Origin: Amoebidium appalachense
Lineage: Eukaryota > Protista > Ichthyosporea
DNA: 64,000 nt
Assembly (NCBI GenBank): GCA_963693365.1
Contig: CAVNZM010000015.1
Location: 1,054,001-1,118,000, forward strand
Direction of reading: 5' to 3'
Shown: positions 1-17,398 of the stretch, piece by piece
How positions within the stretch are numbered: the stretch's first letter is position 1
Layout: every line of letters begins with the position of its first letter
Notes under the pieces: model-generated
What the model was told of the DNA's origin: nothing
Seen by the model: the letters and a program-made list of their open reading frames with translations, nothing else
Database searches by the model: none
Translations under genes and position numbers: made by a program

Positions 1-711
1 AAAATGATCCAATAATCATCTTGGCATGATATTGCACCAATACGAATTCTAGAACGTTTTTATTGGTCAAAAGCAAGAACCTGTGTTTTCGAATGCACGG
101 TGCTGGTTTGTTTGCATGGCGGTACAGGATATGTGTGCACATATGGCACCCGCAAGGGAGGGGGGCGGGCGGTATCTGATTGGGTAAAAGGGGGGTCAGC
201 GCGTGTTTACGATTGGGAGGGAGCGCACTGGTGCGTTTTAAGGATAGACCATTCGCCTAATATCATGCGTTTTTATTGCCGTGGCCGAAAAAAAAAAACA
301 GCAGTACAGGACACATATGCGAGTCACGGGTTCTTGGGCGGCGGGCAGGGCGGAGTACACGATTGGACGAAGTGCGTCACGATGTACGTCACAATGCGCA
401 TGACTCGTGAGGTGACCTAACCGCTAATAAGATTGGAAAGAGGAATACGTGCAAGTCCGGGAGGTAAGATCCGAGTATAAGATGCAGCGAAGAAGGTCAA
501 AAAAAGTTCCTGATGTGAACTGTAACCGCCCACGTGCGGACTGAGCCGTGAAATGGCGTGGGTAGCGCGTTTATAGTGGGAAAGTAAAAGGAAGGATTGG
601 GGACGTAAACCAGGAAAAGAAGATGATTGGTCAAGAATCATTGATTCGATGGGATCGGTGGATAAAAGGGAAAGAAGTGATTGAAACAGAATCATTATTC
701 ACACAATAAAG

Positions 712-1095
712 ATGGGCGATGAAGGCGAAGATGATAACATACGGTATTTGGATGGGGAAGAGCAGGCGGACATTATGGAGGGTGAGGGGGAGGAAGGGGT
801 AGTGGATGGGGAGGATGAAGTAGCTATACAAGAGGGACATGAAATGGGTAGTGGAATTTATCCAGCCAATTTGTGGAGTATCACTATTGGGTGTCCCAAC
901 CGCGATATTCCCAGCGGTTGGCTGGCAGCTGATACTCAACCAATGGGCTCACAGATCGATGGAGAGCAGCCGGCCGGGGAAACACACATCAGAAACAAAC
1001 GCAGGGGGGGGCGACCTCCAGGTTCAAAGAACAAGCGCACCCCTACTAAAAAACAGAGAATTGATTACTTCAATAGAGATGAAAAAAAGAAGTGA
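712..1095 (+). CDS. Small intronless ORF (127 aa): acidic N-terminus, AT-hook (RRGGRPPGSKNK) and basic NLS-like C-terminus; possibly transposon-derived
   Basis: ATG-to-TGA ORF in non-repetitive sequence with a GRP AT-hook core flanked by K/R; several ATTGG (CCAAT) boxes upstream. No family recognised. Confidence 0.35.
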   Translation: MGDEGEDDNIRYLDGEEQADIMEGEGEEGVVDGEDEVAIQEGHEMGSGIYPANLWSITIGCPNRDIPSGWLAADTQPMGSQIDGEQPAGETHIRNKRRGGRPPGSKNKRTPTKKQRIDYFNRDEKKK

Positions 1096-1843
1096 GAGTT
1101 GTGACTGTGTAGAAGTGTACACTGGAGCTTAGCTAGACCGTAGGTACCATGTTCGGCCAATCCATAACTTTTTTGTTTTATTGCTTTTGCCAGTTTAACG
1201 ACCAATGAATATGTCCTACACCGTTGCAGTTTGCCAATGGAGAATCAGTATGGTGTCCAATTGGCAATAAACAAGAAGTACAGTTCACCAATGGTATATT
1301 ATGGATTGGAACCATTTTCGATTCCATTAGCCATTTTTGGCCACCTTTTCCAACGACCAGCCCAGGACACATGTTCGAACTTCGAAGCTTCCATTTTTTA
1401 TGTGTGCGGATCCGGTTACCACTAGTACTACATAGCACCGTTTGCATTCTCCTGAGTTGGAATGTAACCTGTAAGGCTGTAAGGGGTATTCGTGCTGCCC
1501 TTTTCGTAGTGCAGTTTGGACTCGGACTCTCGGTCTCCGGCCACCCACCACCCACCCCCACGCCCCCCATGCAAGGCCTTTCTCACACAGCACAAACAAT
1601 CTCACACGTGCACGCACATGGTGACCATGAGCACAATAACGTTACAGAATTCGAGCCTTAGTTAGTTAGTAAGGTTGATTGGAACGGACGTGCGAAGTTG
1701 TTCGGAGGGGAAGGGAGAGAAATGTGTGTGGGAAGGAGCGAAGGGAAAAGGCAGGGAGAGGGGGGGGGGGGGGGGGGGGGCCCACCCCCACTACCGTTAC
1801 CCTTTTTTTATTTTTTATTTTTTGAGGCGGGGAGGGGGGGGAA

Positions 1844-1883
<40 letters not shown>

Positions 1884-2594
1884 AGCATTAGAAAAAGGAG
1901 AATTTCTAACCAGCGAGAGGTGGGGGGAACCGGGAGGGGGGGGGGGGGGGGGGGAGATAGGGGAGGGAGGAGGGTGGATTGGTAATTGGAAGTGTAGATG
2001 TATAAATTTCGTTGAAGAGAATAATATTACAGCCCAATAAGTATAATAAGGTTTGCAGGAAGTGAAAATGTGGCACAGTTAGTATGTTTGAGCTTGCACA
2101 CGTACAAGAACCTGCACAATGAATGAAATGTTCCCCCTAGAAAATCATCAACATACCCTCCCTTCCCCCCCCCCCCCCCCCTCCCCCCCCCCCCCTGCGC
2201 GGCCCCGCCTCTCCCAACCCCCCCAACCCCCCCCTCCCCAAACTTTTATTTCCTACGATTGAAGGCATCTCGCACCTGATTGGACAAGACACGATCTGAT
2301 GACGTAAAATCGGGGGGGGGGGGGGGGGGGGGGGGGGGGACGATTCGATCGCTATGCGACATAAAGGGAACGCCAGGCCCTTCAGTTAGCAGGGGTTTCA
2401 CGTGTGGGGGCGGCAACCCCTCATATAGGGCCCAGAAACACATAGTGTTATAGTTAATGGGTTCAATTTGGTTTTTAGTTGGTGTTATCGATATATCATT
2501 AAACACGAATTTGGCGGGTTATGTGAGCTAATCCTCCCTATACCTAATTAGGGGCTGCCTAAAGAACCCCCCGTGTGTGAGTGTGTGAGGGGCA

Positions 2595-2631
<37 letters not shown>

Positions 2632-3212
2632 TTCATCGAGCCTTAACGAGCCGAAGCAGGCATCATACACAATACTCGTGTTTTTAGTGATTTGAAAAGT
2701 GGAAACTTGGAGGGTTTTTTGGTTTTTATTTCAACAAGTTTCATGACGCCTCAATGAATTGGCTTCTGGCATATAGAAAGAAGACTAACTTCCCTATAGT
2801 TTCTTACGGCACATATTACTTAAAAAGAGCGTCTCGAACCCCCCCCCCCCTCCCCCCCCCCCCCCCCCCCGGGCGGACTCACAGATATGAAACTTGACGC
2901 GTGAAAATAACATTCGTAACAAAAGATAAGAAAAAAGAACATTTTCAACGTTTCTTGTCTTGTTCAGCATGCCTGGGATTGCTACTTCTTGCCTACAGAG
3001 AAAGTTCCCATTTATGCGGAATAAATATGGATATATACTATTTTCAATTGAATTTTTAAATTCCCAGCAGCCCAAAACTATACGGAATGATGGCACCGTA
3101 GCTGAAGCCCAGGGCACTGTACGTTGCAAGCTGTGCGGATCAATCATTATTAGTAACATGTTCCGTGTGTGTGTGTGTGTGTCTGTCTGTCTGAATGTGT
3201 GTGTGTGTGTGT

Positions 3213-3269
<57 letters not shown>

Positions 3270-3307
3270 TGTGTGTACACGTGTGTGTGTGTGTGTGTGT
3301 GTGTGTT

Positions 3308-3354
<47 letters not shown>

Positions 3355-4325
3355 CTGTGTGTGTGTGTGTGTGTGTGCGTGTGTGTGCGCGTGCGTGTGA
3401 CTGTGTTTGCCCGTGCACACGCGTGTGTGCTTATGCATGCGTGTGATTCTGTGTGTTATGTATTGCACTCACGCCCACATGCTATCCGTCAATAAGACCC
3501 CCTCCCCGCAAAAAATTGTGATTGCAGTGTTTGTTCTTACTGTTTCGCAGCCGCTGTCATAATTTTATAATGTCCCCCGATGAAGGGGCGTGGTGGGGTG
3601 GGGAAGGGAGAGGGGGGAGGGAGGGGGGCTGGCGTTGGGAGGGGGAAGGGGGGGAGGCATGGGCAGGGATAATGGGGGGGAGGTGGGTGGGGTGATGCAG
3701 GGAGCGGGAGGGAGGAAGGACATAGCTGGGGGGAGGGGGGTAGGGGGGGGCTTGCGTCTGAAGGGGGGGTGAGGGAGGGGGAAGGAAGCAAGGAGAATGG
3801 CGGGGGGGAGGCGGGGGGGACGGGGAGGAAGCGGGAGGGAGGAAGGGCAGAGCAAGGTGGGGGGGGGGGGGGGGGGGGGGGGGGAAGCATGATAAAGTTA
3901 TATTTTCGGCCAGTCGGCGAATGATAACACCCCAAAATCGGGCCGTGATGCATGGCTCTCTAGAAAAATAGACTTGGTTGCTAGCATGATGTTATTGGTG
4001 AATTCTCATTGACGGAAGGCATCTGTACATGTGTGTGCGTGTGTTTTGCTTTACCTTTGTGCTAAGCTCGTCTGTAGATTGCAAATCATGCTGCGGTCTC
4101 TCTTTTCTGGTGTGTGTGTGTGTGTGTGTGTATGCGTCACGGCTCTGCCGCGGAATGTGTTTCTGGGTGATATGTGTATGCGCGGTTGGATTTTGTGTTT
4201 GTATTCATGCATAGAACAGAGAAAGTGATAACTACACACACACACGAGCACGCGCGTGCGCACACACACACGCACACACACACAGCACACGCGCACGCAC
4301 ACACATCACACACACACACACACAC

Positions 4326-4365
<40 letters not shown>

Positions 4366-4755
4366 GCGCACACACACCTTCACCGGGAGTTCAATATCAT
4401 ATCGCATTTTGATTGGCTGTTTTGATGGAGGCATTAACTCCACCATTACAGCAGTAATCGTACCTTTGACGATGAGACGGATAACAGCTATAAGAGCTAG
4501 TCCTGTTGTGTTTTTTATTTTATTTTAGTCATTTAGTTTTTTGTGGGGGATGGGGAGGGTTTGACGGATGTTGTTAATTTTTTATTTTTTTTGGGGGTGG
4601 GGGGGGGGGGGGGGGGGGGGGGGGGGGAAGCTACTGAAGGGGGCGGAGGGCGGGGCGGGGGCGGCGGGGGGGGGGGGGGGGGGGAGTTGTTTGTTTTGTT
4701 TTTGTTTTTGTTTTTATTAATTTATTTGTTCTAGGGGAAAGTGTGTGTGTGTGTG

Positions 4756-4793
<38 letters not shown>

Positions 4794-6524
4794 AGGAGGA
4801 GGGTGGGCGGGTGGTTGGGTCTGGGGGGAAGGGGGGGATGGGGGGGGAGGGATTGGGTCAGAAAGATGTCAAGTATCTGCGCGTGGTTTCTGGTTAGCTA
4901 TGAACATCTTAGCCTTCTATTTTGGTCCCATCCTCCCCCCCCATGCCTCCCCCCCCCCCCCCCCTCTCCCCTCGTCCCTTTCCCCATGTCACCAGCACGG
5001 CCACCAATTCTCTCAATGGCTTTGCCGAAAAAGAATCCGGGGAAGGGGAGGGTGGGGTGGGTAATAGATGCGTGTGTGTGTGCAGGGGAGGGGGGGAGAG
5101 GGGGGAGGGAGGGGGGAATTGAAGGGATGGGGGGGGGGGGGGATTGAAGGAATCAGGGGGGGGGAGGGGGGAGGGGAAGGAGGAGGGGGACGTGGAGGGA
5201 CCCAAATGCTCCTAATACTTCTTTCGTTTAGTCTAAGCGGAGAAGAGATTGAAGTATAAAATAAGCGCAATGGGTAACTCACTGAAAATGCACGGATTTG
5301 TTATCATAAAGAGGTTCACATGAATTACTTTTTGCCTTAAGTTCTAAGTTAAAAATAAAAAATAAAAAAAACAAAAAATAAAAAAAAAAACAGCACACCT
5401 GCTACATTGTTTCTGAAATATTCATTCATCCTCTTTTTTGTCTTTTTGTAGTTTACCCCTTAGAGCGAGCGAGAGAGAGAGAGAGGGGGGGAGGGGGGGG
5501 AGAGGGGGGGGAGGGGGGGGGGGGGGGGGGTGAGAAGGGGAGTGGGAGAGAGAGAGAGAGAGAGAGAGTGTGTGTGTGTGTGTGTGTTTTTTTTTTTGGG
5601 GGGGGGGGGGGGAGGGGGGGGGGGGGGAAGAACATATGAAGGGAACCAGAGTACAAGTAATATTATTATGACATGTCCTTTAGCCTGTAGTCGTATTTGG
5701 AGGGCAGGAAGAGGGAGGTGGTGGTGGTGGTTTTGGTTGCGCGGGGGGGGGGGGGGGGGGGGGGAGGGGGGATGAGGGGGGGAGGGGGGGGAGGGGGGGG
5801 GGGGAGGGGGGGGGGGGTGACAAAAGGGAGGGGGGGGAGGGATGGAGGGATGCTTTAAGTAACTTATAAGGTTATTCGTGACTTACCAATCATTAATCGG
5901 GCTACGATTACAGGCAGCGCTTCTGCAGACCACAAGTCCACACCCCTCTCATAGGGTGTTGGGGGGATCGGGGGCAGAGTGAGTGCAAATAAGCGTGCGG
6001 TGACTGTGCCCCCAAACACACCAAGAAATATGCACCTGTGCGATGGATACGTAGCGATAAGTTATTCAATACTCTGCACCGAGTCTTTTTAGAAAAGAAA
6101 AAAAGGTGTAAAATTCTGGCTGCTGTGATTCAATCATGTGTGTGCGTTTTTGCGTTTTCCTGCAAAGAGTGCAGGCAGTAAAGTTGATACAAAGGCCACT
6201 TCACTCACATACACGCGCACACACTTGGCAACAAAAGGGGATTCTGTAACTGTGATACCCCCCTGAATAAACATTACCTCACAGTAAAACCCCTCTCCCC
6301 TCCGAGCCCCCCCTCTCCCTCCCCCTCCCCCTCCCCCGCTGCCCATTGCTGTCCCCCTCCCTCCTGCACCTTCTTCCCCCCCCCCCCCCTCTCTCCCCTC
6401 CCCTCCCCACCACCACCCCTTCCTGCCCCCCCCCCCCCCCCCCCTCTCCCCCTCCCCGCCCCCTCCCCCCCCCCCCCCCTCACCCCACCCACCCACCCAC
6501 CACCACCATCACCACCACCACCAC

Positions 6525-6615
<91 letters not shown>

Positions 6616-7349
6616 CGCCACCGTTTGGCACATTCCTGCACACACACAAATCAGATGCAAACAACCACTTACACATCATCCCCCACTAGGATGGCTTAGA
6701 TGGCCCAAGCTTACAAACTGGTAGGAACGTGTATAGGTGCGTTAGTATTCCGATGTAGAAGATGTAGGCAGAGCCAAGTGGAACACGGCATCCTCTGTGA
6801 GGTGAAACGTGGTAAAATAAAAAATAAATAAATAAATTTTTTAAAAAAAAACAAAAAAAACTCACACATTTCCACTTCCGGGCGACCACTCCTGGGGGCA
6901 AGGATGCCAATAGACCAATAGCATCGCTGCAGCCCACAGGTACAGACCCCAGTGATTGGTCGGAGCCAGCCAATCAGACATCCGCATTTCAAAGAGGCGG
7001 GGCAATCCTGGCAGCACGCATGCAAACAGTTGCATGAATCCTAAAATACTGCCACCCACCACATCCGGAAGGGAATGGACACCCTGTGATTACGAACACA
7101 TCGATGTTAGTTAATCAATTAACTAATTACCAAAAGCTAATTAACATCAGCGTCAACTAGGCCTGATGCCCAGATCTAGATTAAAATAGTGCTGACGTGC
7201 TAAAAAAAGCCCAGGTTGCTACGTAATTACACCACGTGTTACCTATGGCTAGGATCATATGCACGTTTGCTTCTGTTGTTACGCTTTATTTTGAGCATTA
7301 TTGGCAAGCACTCTGTTGTTGCTAAGCGGCCCCCAAATACTTCTCAGCA

Positions 7350-7384
<35 letters not shown>

Positions 7385-7464
7385 TGCAGGACACATGCAT
7401 GCATGCACACAGCATCCAGAACAATTGCAGGCACACTACATTTTGGCACCTTCATTCTGCCTTA

Positions 7465-7499
<35 letters not shown>

Positions 7500-9334
7500 C
7501 ACACACACACACACACAAAAAAAAAAAAAAGGCGACATCCCAACTGGTTTCAAATTACAGATTGTGCACTGTTCCTACATTGTGAATGCTTTTGGGGAAA
7601 AGTGACTTACCAGGTATAATCTGGAGAGGGAAACAAGGAACCACCAAGTGAATGGAAAAATAACAGCCGAAAACGAACACCATCCAGCGGTGTAGGCCAG
7701 CACGAACAGATCGGTGGGTACAAGGGCCGAAACCATGGCATGTGTGCTCGGAAACCCGAAGTTGAGGGGGTGGAGGGGAAAGAGACGTATCTGTAAAGGG
7801 GTAAACTTTGGTGAGTTTACGTGCTATGTGTGCTACGTATACAGTAACTGCTATATGTGTTAACTTTGGGCAAATATTGAATTAGTTAATGATACGGTAC
7901 ATAGCAATACTACATACTCGTATGCCTGCTTGAAGTCACTAGGAAGGACCAGGCACTACGTTAAGCTAGAATCTATGAGGTGGAAAGGCACATAATAGCC
8001 AAGCTGCGATAAATATTTGTTGGGGGGCTGCCCGATTGGTTGATTAACCAGATTCAAGGAGGCTGACTGGCTGACGTGCTCGGACTTTGCGCATGCGCAT
8101 CATTGCGCTACATATATATCTACAAGGTAATCAATTTTTTATAAAGCATTCAAAGTCTGTTTAATACTAACTTACTCTATGTATTTCTAAAGTTACTTTC
8201 GAATACTGTATGACCTCGATAGGTGCCCTAAGTCCAACTTTTGAGCGGCCGCCATCATTCAACATACACCATTGAGCACCAAGCTTGGCGGCTATGTCGT
8301 TGACCAACAGGAACTCGTTTAAAAGATTTTAGCCGGCTATTATGTGCCTTTCCACCCCATAATACCCACCGAATTATTACTATTACCACTATAAAGTTGC
8401 TCTATACAGTATGGTAACTAGCATCGTAGGTTCCCTATTCATTTGGGGGGGGTCATCAACCACCCTTCCAATTTGAACTTCGAATATGCCGCTAAGTTTT
8501 GCCGCCTATTGCCCCCTCCAACCCACGGCCGGTACCAATTCTAGAAGACTGTTGAGGTTTCCAACGGATATCCGCATTAAATTTTCTGCTGACAGCAATA
8601 TTATATGTCAAAACGGAACACTCAAGCTGTGCATTTGGTATGCTTCCTTTTTTTGATTGCCTGTATGTTAATATTTGCTGCCTGCATTCATATCACAGAA
8701 TCTCGCATTTAAAGAGGCAGTGAGTGTGGGTGACCAGCACGACGTGTGTGAGGATGTGTTCGGTCTCGAGGGGATGCCTGGGGATGGATAAATGTGTGCA
8801 CATATGTTACGCAGTATGTGTGCGTGTGGTAGGGTGGGAGACTGGGGGCCGTCATGGGGGGGGAGAGATGGAGGTGTGCGGTGGGTGGGGGTGGGGTGGG
8901 GTGGGGGAGGGGGGGAATGGGGGGAAGGGGGGATGGGTGGGGGGGGGGGGGGGGAGGGGGGAGGGGGGAGGGTATCTACCGTTGGTTCTTCGGGACGCGG
9001 GAGGCGAAAGATGTCTTTAAGAATCTGGCCACTGTAGGACGATGTGCACACCAACAACACAATACGAGCAGCAAGCTCAAATGTTCCCAACCAACAGCAT
9101 GCTGTAATTAAAAGCAGGCAGCCCGGCTCCTCCCCCAATTGGCTCACGACTTAAAAAATAAAGTCAAGGGGGCGAACCCGTTAGGCCTGTCGGTGTTGAC
9201 ACCGAAGAAGGACTGGATAGCTCCACCTGTTTTGTAACTTTTAGGCTACCTGCAGACGTATTTGTTGACAATGTGAGTTGGGTCAGTCAAACTGTGCACA
9301 TGTGTATGCGATGAGCAGGCGTATGGTGTCACAC

Positions 9335-9436
<102 letters not shown>

Positions 9437-9440
9437 ACAC

Positions 9441-9536
<96 letters not shown>

Positions 9537-10415
9537 CTGTGTGGATGTGCGCGCGTGTGTGCGTGGCGTGTGCGTGCGTTTGATATTATGTGTGTGTGTG
9601 CGTATGATTTTGCGCGCGCACGCGTGTGCGTGTGCGTGTGTGTGTGTGGGTATGTGGCAGGGCGCACATATACACCTGCGTGTGTGTGCGAGATGCATTA
9701 TGCACGTATGCATCATAAGTTAATTAACTCGTAGGTGTCACAGTGAGCTCACGTGCAGCCCAAATGCAACACATACAAGCTGGTTTTGAGTGTGCCTTCC
9801 AGTGCAGCTATCAAGGTGTGCACGAGTGAACACATCAAAACTGGACGTTAAGCAGATGATTGTTAACCACGTATCAAATACAACGGGTGTTTGTGTGTAT
9901 GGACATGCATATGCCATTGGGCAGGCGAGAAGTCGTGCCACAGTTACGTTTGGGGTAAATAATTATGATATGCTTCAGCTACATATTCAAACCGAAAAAT
10001 TCCAATGTATGTGGACGTGAAGACTTAATAAGTACTTAACCTTCTTGCAGTCAACCGTTATAAACACATGCTCTTGTTGCAACGAATGTTGATGATCCGG
10101 AGAAGAGATTGCGGATGCGAACGGTTGCGGCCATACCAAGGAGAAAATAGCAAAATGAACATCACGGTGAGCTGGCCAAAGATAACATATTTAACGGGTT
10201 TCTGTTGTTTGGAAAATAGTATCCTTTTCTTTCCATCATGGTCAACCGTTGAAACACACTGTTAAAAAGACGTTGTGAGGGTACCATCTAGCCGCAAGCT
10301 TAAATGATGACATATAAGGCATTTCTTTTATCCTCCCCCCCCCCCCCCCCCCCCCCCCCCCCTTCCCCCCCCCCCCCCCCCCCCTTGGCCCCACCCGCCC
10401 AACTCCCCATTAACT

Positions 10416-10499
<84 letters not shown>

Positions 10500-10595
10500 A
10501 CACACACAAACACCAAGCACAAGCACACACACGCAAGCACACACACATACACACACACAGACACACACAGACACACACACAGGCACGCACGAAGG

Positions 10596-10686
<91 letters not shown>

Positions 10687-11074
10687 CCACCGTGACTTGT
10701 TATTCTGGCTAGATGCTGAAGCATGAGGTAAACAGGTGTGCCCTGCATTTGTGGCTGAGTAAATGTACTGGCATTGATAGTTTGATACTTAAGTCAATAG
10801 TATATTGTGGTCACGTCACGGTACTATTTGGAATCCTCTATTTCTCGTCCGGCCTTACTGTAGTATAAAGAAAGCAGGGGGAAAAAAAAATCTTTCATCT
10901 CAGATACCAAGGGGCCGAAAAATGCAGGTAATGATGGCACCGTATGTTTTCGTGGGGTTCAAGTAAGCTGTTTTCTCGAGGCAAAGAGACCACGTATCAT
11001 TCACTATGATTTTCTTTCTTTCTTCCCCCCCCCCCCCCCCCCCCCCCCCCACCCCCTTTATTTTTTTTTTTTTT

Positions 11075-11105
<31 letters not shown>

Positions 11106-11681
11106 GGGGGAGGGGGGGGGGGACTCGGTCTATCTCCACAGTGTTATATCAGGGACGTGGATGTGGGGTGCTGTGTGTGTGTGTGACACTGTGTGTGTGT
11201 GTGTGTGTGTGTCCGTGTGTGTGCGCGCGCGCGTCAGAGTCTCAACGGTGGTTGTGCGTTTCTCCCCGCCAACCAATACATCTACATACTAGGACTGTCT
11301 ACAGCCTGGGTTCGTCATCAAGACAGTGAGTGAACCAACACAGCTGTACGTCCTGAACACGCATTTTTTTGCAGCATGCGCACATCTGGACGCGCACATA
11401 AATGCACCCCCCGTGGCTCGAGAGGTCTTGCCCACCTGCACATGAAACAAAGGCATGCATGCAGTCGAGCAAGGTACTGCACAGCAGTGCACACATGCAA
11501 GACCAGTGGAATTCATTTAGTGATCTTTAAATCCAGTGCAGAAGTCAGGGTAAGATGATGTGCAATGATGAAGTTGTGTCTAAATAATGAGAACTTGGGC
11601 TCGTTTATTTTCAAGAGAAACTATACGAATTGAAGGAGCTCTTTTACATCATTCATGAACATCGTAAAAAGATAAACACTG

Positions 11682-12230
11682 CACACTGGACCTATTCGAA
11701 CGGCCAGGTCCAGGTCTGGTAGCGGGTGATGGAATGCGGCTAAATTCCTCGTATCAGACCAACGATCTGTTGGATTAGGCCTGGACCACGGCCATCTAGA
11801 GACTCTCCCTTTCACCTCCCTGTTACTATTGTGTTTATCCAACTCATGATTTCCATCGACTTGGCAGGCTCACGTTTATTTCGAGCCTCTAGATGGCCGT
11901 GGGCCTGGACTTCCAGGATCCGCATTCCAATGTCCGGAACCTGGACGACAGACTGGAAAACGATTCAATCGGTTTTCAGCCTGTCGTCCCATCGCAGGAA
12001 TGCGGTCTGGTTACAGCTGATTGGTCGATCGATAGGTGATCCCAGTCGATTACCCAAGATAATGAATCTATCAACCTAAAACCATTCCTGGACCGAGCCG
12101 CCGGCACGTCCAGCTGCTACCGGACCTGAACGTGGCTCACGCTTTCAGCCTGCCGCCGGCCGGTTGCCGGTCCCATTCGGGCAATTATGCATCTGGACCC
12201 AGACCTGGCCGTTCGAACAGGTCCACTGTG
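11682..12230. mobile_element. Non-autonomous TIR element (MITE) with Transib-like CAC...GTG termini
   Basis: Left end CACACTGGACCTATTCGAACGGCCAGGTC versus reverse complement of right end CACAGTGGACCTGTTCGAACGGCCAGGTC (2 mismatches in 29 nt). Internal inverted repeat CCACGGCCATCTAGA/TCTAGATGGCCGTGG. No TSD seen. Confidence 0.6.
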
Positions 12231-12786
12231 AGGGAGAGAGGAGAGGAGAGGAACACTCTGTTCGGTCCTGACAAATGTTGCCTACCAAAAAAGGAAGGTT
12301 GATCTCGAAGTAGATGCTGATTGGTGAGTTATTGCGGTCACACCAATCAGATGCTTGAGGTGGTGCGTTTGCGTTTTGATATTAGCGCTAATATTCGTTG
12401 ATGATCAGAACATTTCAGAAAGAAACTCTTTGTTTAAAACTGGTCATTAAATAACATTAGAAGGGTGCTGTAACTTTAATGAATTAGCTATAGTTTAAAC
12501 ATCTTGGCTCCAAATGCCATCTTCACGCTAGTTCCATTTGAGCTGCGTTTGCTGAAACGAAGACGAAGGGTTAGAAGGATAGCAACATCAAATGCTGAAC
12601 TATACGATTTTATAGTTATAGGAGAGAGATTTACTCTAGGCGTAGAAAGAGACAATAGTGAAATTAGCGATAGCACAAAGAGAAGAAAAAAAGGGTACGA
12701 CTGCTATGGAAAGGACGAGAGATCCATTCACTGTTACACACAACTGCTGAGTGTCTAAGAGATTCTACCTTGAGAATCATTTCAAG

Positions 12787-16332
<3,546 letters not shown>

Positions 16333-17051
16333 CGTGCACCTGGTAGATACTGTGTGCACTTGTATCACTCTGGAAAGGTCATTTGCGAATCTTGAACACA
16401 TTATTCATCGGTTGTCAGAGAAAACATTGAAATTGGAAGTTTGAATAGTATTTGGAATTGTTTTGCAATTCTATAGGAAGTTAGAAAGAATATGCCACGC
16501 TACCACTGTTTTCCGAATGATGAGCCGTCAGAGACACCGGTATATCTGCCAGCTTGACAAAGCTTGCTCTTTGTGCTTTCGTGCCTGCCAATATCAATTA
16601 GCCACACCTTAATGGAGATAATGGAGAGTTCCCAAAGTTATGCAATTGTACTATTTACATTTTTATTTACTTCTTTTTTTTTGTTTGACTTGTTTGGTGC
16701 TCGTTGGGATATTATTTGTTGAGGATTCGACGAGTATAAACATGGTCAAGTGACCTCCAAATTTATAAGCAAAAGTGACGTGTGTGTGTGTAGGGGTACT
16801 GTGTGAGGTCTTCTTTCTCTTTAATCTCCTTATATGATGTACATGCAATGCCGCAGCAGGTCTGATGGCTCATTAGTACTGTACACGCGTAGCAACCCAC
16901 ATATTGCAGAAGGAAGGAATGACTCGAAGACAAGTAACACATGATCGTGCCACTGCTAACATCATCCTGCTTCTGACTCTTTGCAGAGGGGTCTTCCATG
17001 TTCGCAATATGCAGTGCCACTTTGCCCCCCCCCCCCCCCCCCCCCCCCCCC

Positions 17052-17316
17052 GGCCTTTCCCACTGCCCTTGCCTGCATAAGCAACCCTGCTCGTCTCTGA
17101 TCAAGACGGGTGACCTACCCATGTTCAAGTGAAACAGTATCTGAGTTGGGTTTCGTTAACGAGGGGAATAGGTCGAAACTCGGGTACTGTGGATGACGTG
17201 GGCCCCCCCTGAGGATGGGCTCTGCTTATTATGCATACTCTTTATGTATGGCTTGCATTCTGCATCGTGTTATCCGTTTGTTCTTGTGTACTTCGTACTT
17301 TTTTGACACATTCAAA
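17052..17316 (+). mobile_element. Poly(C)-associated retroelement end, family A copy 1 (5'-truncated), contains the structured RNA motif
   Basis: Near-identical to copies at 27356, 32975, 40618 and 56261; shared 3' end ...ATTCAAA followed by a C-run; C-run also at the 5' side. Confidence 0.85.
17077..17229 (+). ncRNA. Candidate hammerhead-like ribozyme with scrambled strand order (family A)
   Basis: GTT 17145-17147, GAAA 17175-17178, CTGAGGA 17209-17215. Helices ATAAGCA/TGCTTAT, GACCTA/TAGGTC, CCCATG/CGTGGG and GTATCTGAG/CTCGGGTAC covary in the diverged copies at 49232 and 41927. Confidence 0.55.
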
Positions 17317-17362
17317 CCCCCCCCCCCCTCAACACACACACACGCATGCACCACCACCACCA

Positions 17363-17398
<36 letters not shown>

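Noticed and set aside
6697-8660. Non-repetitive block with CCAAT boxes and GCGCATGCGC
   Set aside because: Could be a transposon remnant or promoter, but no termini, second copy or ORF could be shown.
17209-17316. Canonical type I/III hammerhead starting at CTGAGGA
   Set aside because: No stem II plus GAAA downstream; the partners lie upstream (reported as the scrambled topology).
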